Shown: piece by piece, positions 14,501-26,362 of the stretch
Layout of the letters: each line of letters begins with the position of its first letter
Position numbering within the stretch: the first letter of the stretch is position 1
Assembly (NCBI GenBank): GCA_973895155.1
Contig: OZ316894.1
Span: 20,032,451-20,096,450, forward strand
Length of the DNA stretch: 64,000 nucleotides
Source: Marsupella aquatica
Taxonomy: Eukaryota; Plantae; Marchantiophyta
Direction of reading: 5' to 3'
Notes under the pieces: model-generated
What the model was told of the DNA's origin: nothing
What the model saw: the letters and a program-made list of their open reading frames with translations, nothing else
Database searches by the model: none
Made by a program: the position numbers and the translations under genes

Positions 14501-15228
14501 TTCACACTCGATTCACACAACGGAGTCCACGGACATCAGAATCTGCAGTTGAACGGTTAATCAAGTTCCTGAACAGGATGAACATTGGAACGGTTTAGTT
14601 GTATGGACCAGAGTGCCTTTCGTCTGACAAAAGGAGAGGGTGCGGGGTCTGTCCGTTGCTTGTGATCTTCTGGCCAGATTAAAAGTCCCTCTTTTAGTCC
14701 CTCTTTTAGGCCTGGCAGGCAATTTTATTTTGGCCTTATATTGGGTCTAGTCCTTTGCACTTGGGTTTCAGCTATGTATGTGTTACAAAACAATTGAGCT
14801 AATCACTGCTCAACGATGGAGTCTTTTATACAGTTTTTGTTCTGTTGGTTGTTTTGAGTGTCCTTTCTATAACTTCATTGATATATATGCATTCCTGAGA
14901 AACACCGCTAGATAGAGTTTTTATTAAGCTGTACGATATGTGTACAGGTACAATATTGCGACCTGCATTCATCTATGGCAGCAGGAAAGTAAATGGCGTT
15001 GATATTCCACTTAACATCATCGGTGAGCCACTAGAAAGACTGTTGGCTCGAACGGAGACGTATACACGACCATTTGCTAAGCTGCCTGCAGCTGACCTCC
15101 TCTTTGCTCCGCCAGTCAGTGTGGATGATGTTGCTAAAGCAGCCCTGCAAGCCATGAAGAATGATGATATCAAGGGCATTCTAAACATTGAGCAGATTAA
15201 GGAGGCAGCTGCTGCTTTAGTTACTTAA
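11544..15228 (+). CDS. Plastid-targeted NAD(P)-binding Rossmann-fold protein (At1g32220-like); exons 11544-11728, 12244-12331, 12699-12787, 13176-13231, 13610-13756, 14145-14270, 14948-15228
   Basis: Ser/Arg-rich transit-peptide-like exon 1. Spliced protein contains IDVAAVVRSQRVVILGGNGFVGSAVAKAA (GxxGxxG), SRSGRP, STLGGFG, VHDYNLP..GYFTGKRKAE (YxxxK) and ILRPAFIYG. Confidence 0.88.
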
Positions 15229-17046
15229 AGAAAGAGAGGTGAACTGCAGGGATACTGGTGCTCGCCTCATCCCAGATTTGTAGAATTGATAAATGTTCAT
15301 CAGGGAGAGAACTTGGAACGAAAAGGATTTGAAGTAAAGCTTGAGACGGATGTACATAAGACTCATTGCTTTGACCTTCAAGTCTTACCCAAGGATATTA
15401 CTGAAGCAAATGTCATTTCGGGTCGCGTGTGCTGGACATTAGTCAAGTTTTGACCTTACTTCCTGGCGTGGAGCTGTGAGTGGGTGATTACAGCCTGAAA
15501 CGGGAATTGTATCAAATTATAAGGCCTCCCATTCTCTGGTCGCACTTGAATAATTTTTATCACGAAGTGGGACGTTAGCCATGTGCTTCACAATGCTTCT
15601 TGGTTGTTGGAGAGGGGCCATTTTGTGCTCTCGTTTTGTACTGAGATTGGGAGTGTCGCAGAAATCAGATCTCCACATTTGCGCACATCAGTTGTAGGCG
15701 TGCTTTGAATCTGGACCAAGTCCATACAAGATCTAATGTGGAGGTTTGTGCGAACATCATTACTGTGAGCATTTGAGAATTAATCCTTTAAAAAAACCAA
15801 TTGCGATTGTGGGCAGTCCTGGAAGCAATCCTGCACAAGTCCTCTTCTATCGCTGACAGAATTTTCCACGGGATCTACTCAATTGGTGGACGGTACACGG
15901 GTACTGTAGACTTAAAAAGCTGCCCTTGCCAGGTTTCAAACGGTTTAGTCCACACTAGAATATCTTTGAGAGCAGCTGCTGCAAACATTGCGTGAAGAGA
16001 AGTTCGAGCGTATGATTGCGGCATTTAAAGATGTGTCGCTTTGGGTGTTTCGAAGTCTCAAGACATGCGTCGCATCCTACTCCGAAACTCAGGCCCTCTC
16101 GCGTGAGTTGACAAAATGGGATCTTGCTGCTGAAACTGACATTCCACGGTGGGTCAAGGGATCTTACAAATGTTACCATGTCCCGACTGAGCCCCTTCAG
16201 CATTGAGCCGGTTTGTTTTTAGTGCCAAGTGCACTGTCTCCTCTGCAATCTGTTTTTGTTGTTGCCTTAAATCGGACAGCAATTGTTTATTGCCAGACAT
16301 AAAGTGCAGAAACGCAGCTCAAGTATCCTTCGCAATGTTACTCAGTAAAGCTCGAGAGATTTTGTGCCGGCGGTTTCGTGAATGGAATTTCAATATAATA
16401 GAGAAAGTAAGAGTAAGAAAATTTAAGTGGGCAAGGAACGGTTACAATTAAATTTGAGTCTGGACTCTGGACTCTTGGGCAGAGGCGAGGAGAGAACCAG
16501 TCCTGCAAAACGATTTAAAAAATAATACCTACACATCTTCAAGGGGTGACTGTATCCCTGCTCACCCGAGTATGGAACCCTGATGTAATTAAATCTTTGC
16601 CCACAACCTCAGTTCCGGTCCATAAAAATGTTCCTGACTGTAAGCAGCACTGTTCTTGCTAAACTTGGATCTCAGATTCCAACTCTCTCAAGTCATTGTC
16701 GAAATCCCACATCGGCGACCTCCATTTCAAACTGCAGCTGGTGACGAGCATTGTCTCGCCATCACCAAGTAAGCGTTCAGAGACCGGCTCTGCAATAAAG
16801 GAGTTATACACATATATATAAGTAAAATCACGGCCATTGTAGTGGCTTTCCAAGAAGTAATTGTGCCATCTCCTAGTAGAACTGTGTCTCATATGAAAGC
16901 AACTGACAAGTAAAATTTGTCATCCAGGAGTAGCAAGCCATCCTACGTACGCGTATCAGCAAAAGCAGTGTGTATTGCTTATAGCACTTGATCCATATCG
17001 CCTATGTGTATCCTTCTTCATTGGAGATCTAAGTGGTTCAATCAAT

Positions 17047-20000
17047 TCAAATAAGTCTCATTAAGCTGATTCCAATGCATGTTGGGGGAGAAGCAGGTGA
17101 TGATTGCAGAGACCACTTATCAAAAACAAGCACTTGTTTCGAGGCGCTTCCGTGCATCCCCATCGCCTTTTGTAGGGCTATGTCAAACGAAGAAAACGGA
17201 ACCTTCTCGAATCTGCGAAATCAGAAAACTAGAAAAGAGAAGTAAGAGAAAGGACAGGAAAGTCAGTCTAATTCAAACTTAACAATCATGGGATAAGTTG
17301 TAAAACATACGAATATTGGAGTTTCCCATCACGAACAGTCTCGAGCAATTCTGTCAACATTGCTAGAGAGTCTTCTTTTGTATGGTGGGTGAGCCACCTG
17401 CCTAGCCAAAATCCCTTCAGCTGCACATCCTGGGGGTGGAGGAAAAAAGCCATTCTTAAGTGGTATTCTTCTTCAAAAGTGCAGAGAATGCCAATTCAGT
17501 TTTGCTGCAAGCTTTCTTCGATATGACTAGCCAGAAAACAAATCATATAGAACAATCTCCGATGCTGAAGCAATTAGGCAATCGGAGATGAGGAAGTACG
17601 TACCTTAAATATAAAAGAGGCAGTGGAGACAGTAATTGGCTTCTTTGCCATGCCTCCATACGTTACCATTGTCCCACCCTCCCTGCATGATAAGACCATC
17701 CATCAGGACTTAGACCCGAGCGCAATAAACTATTTTCATAAACGTTGATTTCAGTCACAAAATACCAGCGCTCTCAGTTGAGCTCGTGAGTCGATGGTTA
17801 TAAATCACGAGGACCCTCACCCCAGTAACTTCAAAACTGCTGTTGCTGCTGACCCACCGACACAATTCAACCCCAATTTCGGCATAGCCTGGTCCGCCTT
17901 CAGACAGTCCAATGCAAAGGAAAGCTGAGCGCATTAGATCTGGCAGATACCTAGAAATGATGCAATTCCCGTACTTGACACAAAGATTATAGGTCTCTCC
18001 ACGAAACACAAATTCTATAAAAGAAAAAGACCGAAAGTATGAATTACTCACAAAAAGTGCTTTTTTATCTATATTCTCGAGTTCAGTCACGGAGAACACG
18101 TGGGTAGCACCAAGCCCATTGAGTCTCTGCTTAACATCATCCAAGTCCTTCCTACACAGAACGTGTCACGGAGTTACTTTCCCGTTGCGAGATCTTTTGT
18201 TTTTGGGAGGATATGTTTAACTCGAACAAACTGATCTGGTGCAAAGCAGTCATTTAATAGTGCCTGCTACTCCTTGTGGCCAAATATTTCATTCCCTGAC
18301 AGGGTGGAGCATATAGAGTCCGAGTTGTAGGGAAATTCCCCGTGCCTAACACACGGCTCAGACTGGATCTTGAGTGTGTATCTAGGGTCGACGGGTATCC
18401 CATCGACAGCAGACTTTCATGTACAGGCTGATCAGAAAGAATGCTCCAGGGAGTACCTGTCCCTTATGATGTTCACAGTGTGTAGACCCCAGGTATGAGC
18501 AAGTTGTATAACACACTGTCCAACAATGCTCGTTGCTCCATTTTGCACGACAGTGTCTCCTGGCCATCAAGGTAAAGACATCCTTTCAGCATGAATGCTG
18601 CAGGGTAGTGCATATCGTGAAGTCTGTCAATTACACGGTTGCAGTATTTTCTTGTTCAACTACTTTTGCTCTCAAACTAGAGCAATTAAAACTGCAGACA
18701 ACCTCTTACTTGTGCTAGGTAATTCAGATACGCGAAAAAAAGGTCCGTGAACAAAAGTAGTTATGAAAAGCTAGTATCACGGAAAGATTCAGACTAACCA
18801 GGCTGGAGACTCACGAAATCTTTGAGCATTCGCAGTGCTGTAGTGGGGTTGATAGACATAGTAGCCAAGTACTCCACCGGTACATCGTTTGGAACTTTGT
18901 GCCATGCTGACTCATTTTGAATAACATAACTGGACCATGTCCCTACATGACAAATATCAGCTTTCAGTGAAGGCCTTCACAGATCATGTTGCGACAAGCT
19001 TGCATGTGACTGACATAGATAATGCTTCCCATAGACGAAATAAAAATGCCAGGAGAGTCGTTACCCGTCGTTGAATGTACTGGTATCACCCAGTCATTTA
19101 CGGCTATATTCTTCACACCTGGGCCCAGTCCAACAACTGAACCCACACCTTCGTTTCCTCCAACAGCAGGGACTGCGGGCCTCACGGGATAGACACCTGG
19201 TTTCCGAAACCAAACGATATTTCAGATTCTACTAAAGTAAGCAAAGCAACGTGGTCACAAACATCAAGTCACCGCCTCAGTGACGCAAGAAAAAGTCACA
19301 GATTTCGTCACTTATCCACTTCTCAAAGGCTGTAGAGATGATGGCTACTAAAGAGTTGTAGAGGAGACAACTGGACTTCTCTGATACTCTACTTCCTTAC
19401 GAATTTTTTGAGTTGGAGATACGCATGTACAGACAGACCTAAAGTAATTTGATTTGGCTCTATCAATTTCACGTGATGTTTTAAGGTGACCCCCTGGTCT
19501 TTGTGCAGAGATGGCTAAAGCACGATCCGGTTTCTGCACATCTGCACACCAAGTGATTTGCTCTAGAGTGGAACAGGCTATGAATATGACATGTTAAGTA
19601 GCACTGATCCCGATAGGATATTTTACTAAAAGAGGGCAAAGGCCATGGAAAGTACCTTCAATTTTGTTGATATCAGAGGGATTGATTGGGGCGGCCATCA
19701 TTTTGACACATACTTCATCATCGTGGAGTTCTCGTCCAGGCACCTCCACCAATCTGCAGATAAGGGATATCAGTCTACTGTTCTAGCTCATGAGACTGCA
19801 TTCTTCTAGGATCCCCAAGAAACCAAATCCTTTGGTTTTGGGCCTCACACACCATCAAGGATTTCTAGTCCAGGGATCCGCCTTGGAGCAAGGGACCGAA
19901 GGTAAAGAGCGAATTGTTCCGTCAATGAACAAATAATTCCCATCCCCCTTGCTCCAATCTGAGTTTCAAAATGTGTCCCTCAGATTATTTGTTCCTCCCA

Positions 20001-20380
20001 GGTTTAGAGACACAAGGGGCGGCACCCCCTAGGGACACTTGAAACTCTGTAGTACGACGTTAACGAAAAAGAGACGGCGAAGAGTCTATGACGCAAACAA
20101 ACAAGACAGAGACAAAACCAGGAAGCGGAGTGGGGAAGGTCACTGACTTGACAACACGGTCGGGAGCTCCATGAGTCTCGTAAATAACAGCTTGATGAGG
20201 AGGGCAGCGGAATTCGGAGGACGAAGCGAAAAAGCGAGGATACGATGACGACGACGGTGATTTTGTAGATGATACAGTACGCGGATAAGAAATTCTGCAA
20301 CGTTCTACCACTGCGGCTGCAATGCGCGAACCCAGCAAGGCTTGCTGTTGCAGAACTATGCGACGAGATGCCATTGCCAT
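17047..20380 (-). CDS. MECR: Mitochondrial enoyl-[ACP] reductase / trans-2-enoyl-CoA reductase (MECR/ETR1 family), about 10 exons
   Basis: Mitochondrial presequence [10 protein letters not shown]. Exons give [87 protein letters not shown] and KQVLVF, all joined by GT-AG introns. The last exon boundary is less certain. Confidence 0.92.
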
Positions 20381-20664
20381 CTCACTGGGTCTTCTTCTCG
20401 TCCTGAAGCTAGTTTTGAGTTCGCACTCTATTCAGATTGAGTGAGCTCATTTGCTTCTCCTTGCAAGGATTTTGTACAGGGAGTCGAATTGCGTATCTAC
20501 TTGAGCTCTGGGTGTATCTCTAGTCTCCAAACAACTACTGTAAACAGAACAGTTGCAGGAGCCATGCAAAGCGTTGTTAGTTCTTCCTTTCCTGTTCATC
20601 GAGAGGAAGTAAAATCAACTTGTATATACCACTACCCTGAATACTCATTCTTACTTCTTCTTTT

Positions 20665-21076
20665 TGCCCATTCTTTTTTCTTCTTTTTTTCTTTTTTAAA
20701 TAAACATTCATTTTTGAATAAACGAAGGGCGACAGAGCTAATGCTTATTCCAGAGGCCGTCATGACGAACACCACCGGGACACAAAGAACAACAAACCCA
20801 GAGGGCCAATGGACACAACAACCACACTTAAAGGGGGCAAAACCACAATCACCCCACACACCAGGATGACACACACTAACAAGGGCCAACCACCCAACAA
20901 AAGGCAAGAGGCCCAAAACAAAGCACCTCCCAAGTGAGGGATTGGCTGTCCCACCGGTAACAGCAAATCAGAATCCCCAAGATGGGACAAAAGGGAGAGC
21001 ATTGTCACCACATCTCCCGTTCAATCACAGTAGTGATGTCACTCAGTGTTCGACTCAAATGTCAAGTGCCCATTCT
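20665..21076 (-). mobile_element. Probable 5'-truncated non-LTR retroposon (LINE 3' end or SINE) with poly(A) tail and TSD
   Basis: On the minus strand a GT-rich body ends in an A-rich tail (T-rich 20675-20697 on +). Direct repeat TGCCCATTCT flanks it at 20665-20674 and 21067-21076. Confidence 0.55.
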
Positions 21077-22159
21077 AGCTTTCTTTGAATGTTAATACAG
21101 ATAATGCCCATTCTTTCTTTGAAAATGAATAGAGATAAAGCCCATTCTTTCCGTGAATGTTAATAGAGATAAAGACCAAAAACAATATTCCAAAAGAATC
21201 TATGTTGTTCCCTTCATCTTTGCCCCCATCTCAGTTTTTGGTGTTCACTCACTTTTGTCTTTATCTAGAATTAGGGTCTAGAGGTTGTCTAGAGGCTTCA
21301 CTGTTTGCACTTTATAAGTAAGATTGCCTTTGATAGGAGATATACTACTTTGCCAAGTTCTTTGAGTAAATTAGTACTTATTACCACTCTTCTCAACTTT
21401 GCAAAGTTTTTTGTCATAATAGAAGAACTTGTCATTCTTTCTAGTTTATTTATCAGTGTCTCATTTTCAAGCAGTGCACTCTTTTAAGCTTATTTACAAA
21501 ATGCCACATTTTCCAGCAAGGTTCAGTTAACTCATACCCAGTTGATGGCCAAAATCATTCAAAACATCTGCATCCCACAGTCAAGACTTCCCTCTACATA
21601 ACAAAACCCAACCCGTTCTGCCCCGACCAAACGAGAAGTGTGTTTTGATTTTCGCAGAAAATGGTGAAAATATCTTAAATTGATATCAAAAATACAAATT
21701 CGCGGATCAATGCAATATTGGATGCAACATTGGATTCCAAGATGAGATACATTTTGACAAAAAATGGCAAATCAGATCCCAAAAACATTTGTTAAACAGA
21801 AAACTCATAAAACAATGATTCACAAGTCCTATCTTTGCACGTTAAATCAATTCGCCCGATGAAACGTCAAAAACACAAATCTCCATTTGGCAAGCAAATC
21901 ATTCAAACCAAAATGGGATATGCCGCCCGTTTCAGATTCATCTATTAAAAATCAAACAAAAACACGTTAAGTTGAATATTTGGCGCTTTAAGTTACTATA
22001 TCAATATAATAGATTTGAATATTTACCAAAGATAAAATAACTCGTGTATTGCAAAAAATTTACTAGCAACCATGGTCGATCTACGCTGTCAGTTAAGTTA
22101 ATCGGGCAACATGTTTTGTTGTACATTAGACCCTTTATTTCTTAACCGCCACCCTCCAT

Positions 22160-23045
22160 CTAGCAAATTATCCCATTTGGTATTCAACCTTCCAAATTTG
22201 CCCTTGTCGCATCCCCGCACCACAAAATTACCGTTTGAATACCAATTATTGGGATCCATGGATCCCATTTTCCTATCCAACTCAAGAAAAGGACAATTTG
22301 GATTCCTCCTTTCTCTCAAACATCAATTTCTTTCTTGTCTAGAAATTTGGATGGACCAATGAGTGTATGCTCTGTGGACACATTGCCCGTGTCGCACCTT
22401 GCACCTCAATATTGAGGTTTGAGTGCCAAGACGAATCCATGGATCCCATTTGATATTCACCAGCCAAAATTTGTCCTTGCCACACCTCATACCTTGATAT
22501 TGAGGTTTGAATACCAACACACATTCCATTTGGTATTCACCCGCCAAAATTTGCCCTTGCCGCACCTCTCACCTCAATATTAAGGTTTGAGTACCAACAC
22601 GGATCCATGAATTTCATTTGTCGATCCAACTCCAAAACAATTTCAGATTCGTCCTTGCTCATCATAGCCCCAATCACATCCAATTTTTACTCTTTAGAAA
22701 TATGTACGAACCAATCAACGGACCTAGCAGAAAATGGAGGCAAATACCAAGTTGGTATGTGGATCCCACTTTAGAATCAAAGTCCCGGATTGGCCCTCGA
22801 CCACAAGTCACTTATCCATTTTCACATTTAAATACCAAATTGGATCCCATCTGGTCGTCGTATAGTTCTTATTAGTCTTTGTAAAGTTTTTGATTTGTAA
22901 AATAACATGTTCTTACACCAAATGAGATCCATGGATCCATGGATCCCACTTGATATTCAGACAAGCTTTTTAAACATTTTTCTTTTTGGATTTGAGAAAT
23001 AACATGTTTGAATACCAAATGGGATACGGTATCCCATTTGGTATA
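22160..23045. repeat. Degenerate repeat array with recurring GGATCCATGGATCC and ATCCCATTTGGTATTC motifs, probably part of a non-autonomous transposon (about 21.5-24.4 kb)
   Basis: Several diverged copies of cccatttggtattca...aaatttgcccttg.cgcacc and of the ggatccatggatccca palindrome. AT-rich with no coherent ORF. Confidence 0.6.
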
Positions 23046-26012
23046 TCTCTTAAAATTTTCATCTTTGATGATTTTTTGAGAAAAACAATCTTATTTTTTG
23101 TGATATTTCTCTTGGTCTCAGATTTTTTCTTTTTTCTTTTTTGTAGCACGGAGTGAAGCGGCTGAAGTGTCTCAAGCTCTTCTTTATAATGGTATCAATT
23201 ATAAAAAAATTGGATAAATAACGACAAAGATATGGCTTCCAAAGCATGAGAGGGTACAAACTTAATTTCCAATAATGTTATAATTTCATCCCCACAACTT
23301 AATTTGATCATATCTTAGTCAAACTTTCATCATTTTGGACTCTTTATGGACCAATTTGATGTGCTATGATTAAGTTACACAAGAACACATCAATTCTTGT
23401 CCCAACTAGTGATGAACAACTTAAATAATCATGAATTTAGATCATTTCAGACTATCAGCTAGATAGGGTCTTTGGATTCGACTTTGAAAAAATAATTGAA
23501 AGCTTAGGGGCTCAAAGTTAAGAATGACCCAATATCTCACTAGTTTTAGATTGAATTTCTCAATTTATGGCTTGTGCATTCCAAAAGCCTCATATACTTG
23601 GATTGAATTCAAAGTGGGATACATGGTATCCCATTTCATATTCAACTCCTCAACTTACAGCTTGTGCATTCCAAAAGTCTCATATCCTTGGGTTGAATGT
23701 GAAGTGGGATACGCAATATCCCACTTCACATTCCTCCTTCTAATTTCAACTTATAAGTTTATATATCACTAAATCCAACCTCCTGATTGGTTTTATTTTG
23801 ATTGAATACAAAAGTAGAGTAATATTTGGGATTTGATGAGAGAAAAAGTAAACAAATGCAAAGAAAAACGAATGTTTCTTCTTGTCAAGGTACTTCTATT
23901 TACACTTTTTTGTTGACCGTGGTTGTTTTTGACCATAGTCAAGGCACAATTGGCTAAGTTACCATTAAAGGAATTTTGGGGGAATATTATGGGCGGGTAA
24001 TATGACCATAGAGGGTTTACTGTCGCTTGAGATTTTGTTTTTGGAATAACCCAGGTGGGATGCGAAATGATGCAAAAAGAGTTTTTTGTTGCAAACTATT
24101 TTGGACTCTTTATAATTAGATCCCACATTCAGATTCAACTGTTTATTTTCCCATTTTTTGCAACAAAAAACTTGGTTTTTACAAGGATGTGGGATCCATA
24201 TCCGATACTTTTTGCCTTAGATTCCTTGTATGCGGATAGTGAGGGTGAGGCAAAAATACCAAGGGTGTGGCACGAAGGTTGAGACATGGATGGCAAGGTG
24301 AGGCGCAAAGGGCAACCAAGGCATGGACTGCACGCCGGGAGGGCATATGGGGAGGTATTTGTGGCCAATCAAATGGTGTTGGAAAAACAATCATGTTTTC
24401 AACAAACGGCCTGATTTCTTCCCAACCATATGACATTTTGTAAGCAGGCTATAGAATGGCAGGATCAGACATGACAATCATGATTATTTGGTGATAGCCT
24501 ACCTGTTCTTTTGAACTTAGTTAAATATAGGTGACTAGAAAAAGCCTTGCAAGAAAAAAACTCCTTCTCATCAGGCTCATTTGTGATAAATAAAAGGCTC
24601 ACTAGTTTTTTATTGAGATTATATATTACTAGCCTGACTACCCATTCTTTTAGAGGTGAATATAGATGAGTACAAAAAAACCTTGCAACAAAAAAGATCT
24701 TTATTATTCACACTCATTTATGATTTATCCCAATTTCCTACACCCCAAAGGTGAGTGATGCAGGCAATGCGGAGTTCAGTTTTCACTTTAGACATAGGCC
24801 ATAAATGTAAGTTTTACCATTAATTACAGGTAATTCACTTTAGACCTAGAAATACATTAATCACAGTAATTAGGGTTATGCAATAATTAGCAATAGTACA
24901 AAATTGTGTTACTCTTGGTGTTACTAACACAGATTTTGGTAAAAGTGATTTTGAGTCCAGGTAACAGTAACTTTTGTTGGTTTCTCAGCATAGCATTATT
25001 TTTCCACTTTTGTTGAATTGCTAGTATAATATGGATGATCTAGAGTCCAACGTAACAATAATTCTTGTGGATTTTCCAAAGTAGTTTTTTCTGTCTATTT
25101 TCCTCCCTTGAGACCATAATAACCCTAATTCATGTGCATAAATAGTATTAGCACACAATTAGTGTAACTAACACTAATTTGCAAGTAGACCCTGAAAATA
25201 GACCCTCTCAAATAGTGTTAGGCGCACTAATTACTACTAAGATAGAGATGATATACTTATAGATACATCTAGAGTTGTCATTGGTGTGAAGCATGTGTTG
25301 CCATCTTAACTCCAATCTTTGATCTTGGATTATTCATAGCCTTTGTTGCTGCACATCTTCTTTGTTTTCTGGTCCCGTCAAGATTTCACACATTTGTTCA
25401 ACAAATTGTTCATTTCATTTTGTTTTGTCCATTTCGAGGCAAATACTACAAAACAACAAAACGACCAGCATAATTATAGGTGGACTAAGAATATCTCCGC
25501 TGCACGAGAGGATAATGGCAGAATGTGCTTGGCTGGGCTGAGGTTTAGCGTACAGGTTCTAGCACGGAAAGCAGCACGAACAGCTTTAGGGCCATCTTGC
25601 ATGTGAGGGTCCCCACATTATCGACCCTTTAAGTGATCAGGTGGCACATGTTTACTCTTCAAGCCTTTCCTGCCTCACCCTCCCCGTGTGCCAGTACTCA
25701 ATTCAGTTTTTTTAAGGGCAAGGGCAGGAAACTTCCGGCCCTTCACAATCCTGACCTTTCAAATCCATAAACCACAAAAATACATGCTAACTAATGACAA
25801 AGCAGTTGAAAGGAAAAAGGAGTGAACCCTACTGAGTGGGAGCATGGCACCTATTGCTTGGAGTATTGTCCTTTGATTTGGTCATACATTTTCCCCCCTT
25901 TTTGTGGGCAAACATGGGCCGTTTTTTAAAGGACTTGCACATGCAAGACCCCTTATTGTAGTTCACGTGATTTACCAAAGCGAGCAAGAAACTGAATTCT
26001 AAAACGGATATG

Positions 26013-26094
26013 CGTCAGCTGCAGGGTTCGAACCTGCGCGGGCAGCGCCCAATAGATTTCAAGTCTATCGCCTTAACCACTCGGCCAAACTGAC
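26013..26094 (-). tRNA. trnS-UGA: tRNA-Ser (anticodon UGA), 82 nt, long variable arm
   Basis: GTCAGTTTGGCCGAGTGGTTAAGGCG ATAGA CT TGA AA TCTAT TGGGCGCTGCCCGC GCAGG TTCGAAC CCTGC AGCTGAC G. A-box and B-box are intact, all stems pair, and a T-run follows. Confidence 0.96.
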
Positions 26095-26254
26095 TTCTCG
26101 TACACTTTTGAGCCAAAACTCTTTAACAATATTTTCATTTTCCAGAAGCTCATGGATGACACCATACGTAAGCTTAACTTATGAATGCCCTGTGTGAGAA
26201 TCAGCCGAGCGACGAGCCTTTTGTTTCGGCGAAGCAGATTAGAGCAGAGGAGCA

Positions 26255-26310
26255 GGCACGGCACGGCACGGCACGGCAAGGGAAGGGAAGGGAATGGAAG
26301 GGAAGGGAAG
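26255..26310 (+). repeat. Compound microsatellite (GGCAC)4 + (GGGAA)~6 in the SAE2 promoter/5'UTR
   Basis: Read directly from the sequence. Confidence 0.9.
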
Positions 26311-26362
26311 CGATTGCGATTCTGTTTGTATTTCGTTGCAGCTGTTGTAGTCGCTGTATGAG

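Noticed and set aside
21532-24435. TIRs delimiting a ~2.9-kb DNA transposon
   Set aside because: End similarity (tcata...) is too weak and neither a TSD nor a transposase was found; only the internal repeats are reported.
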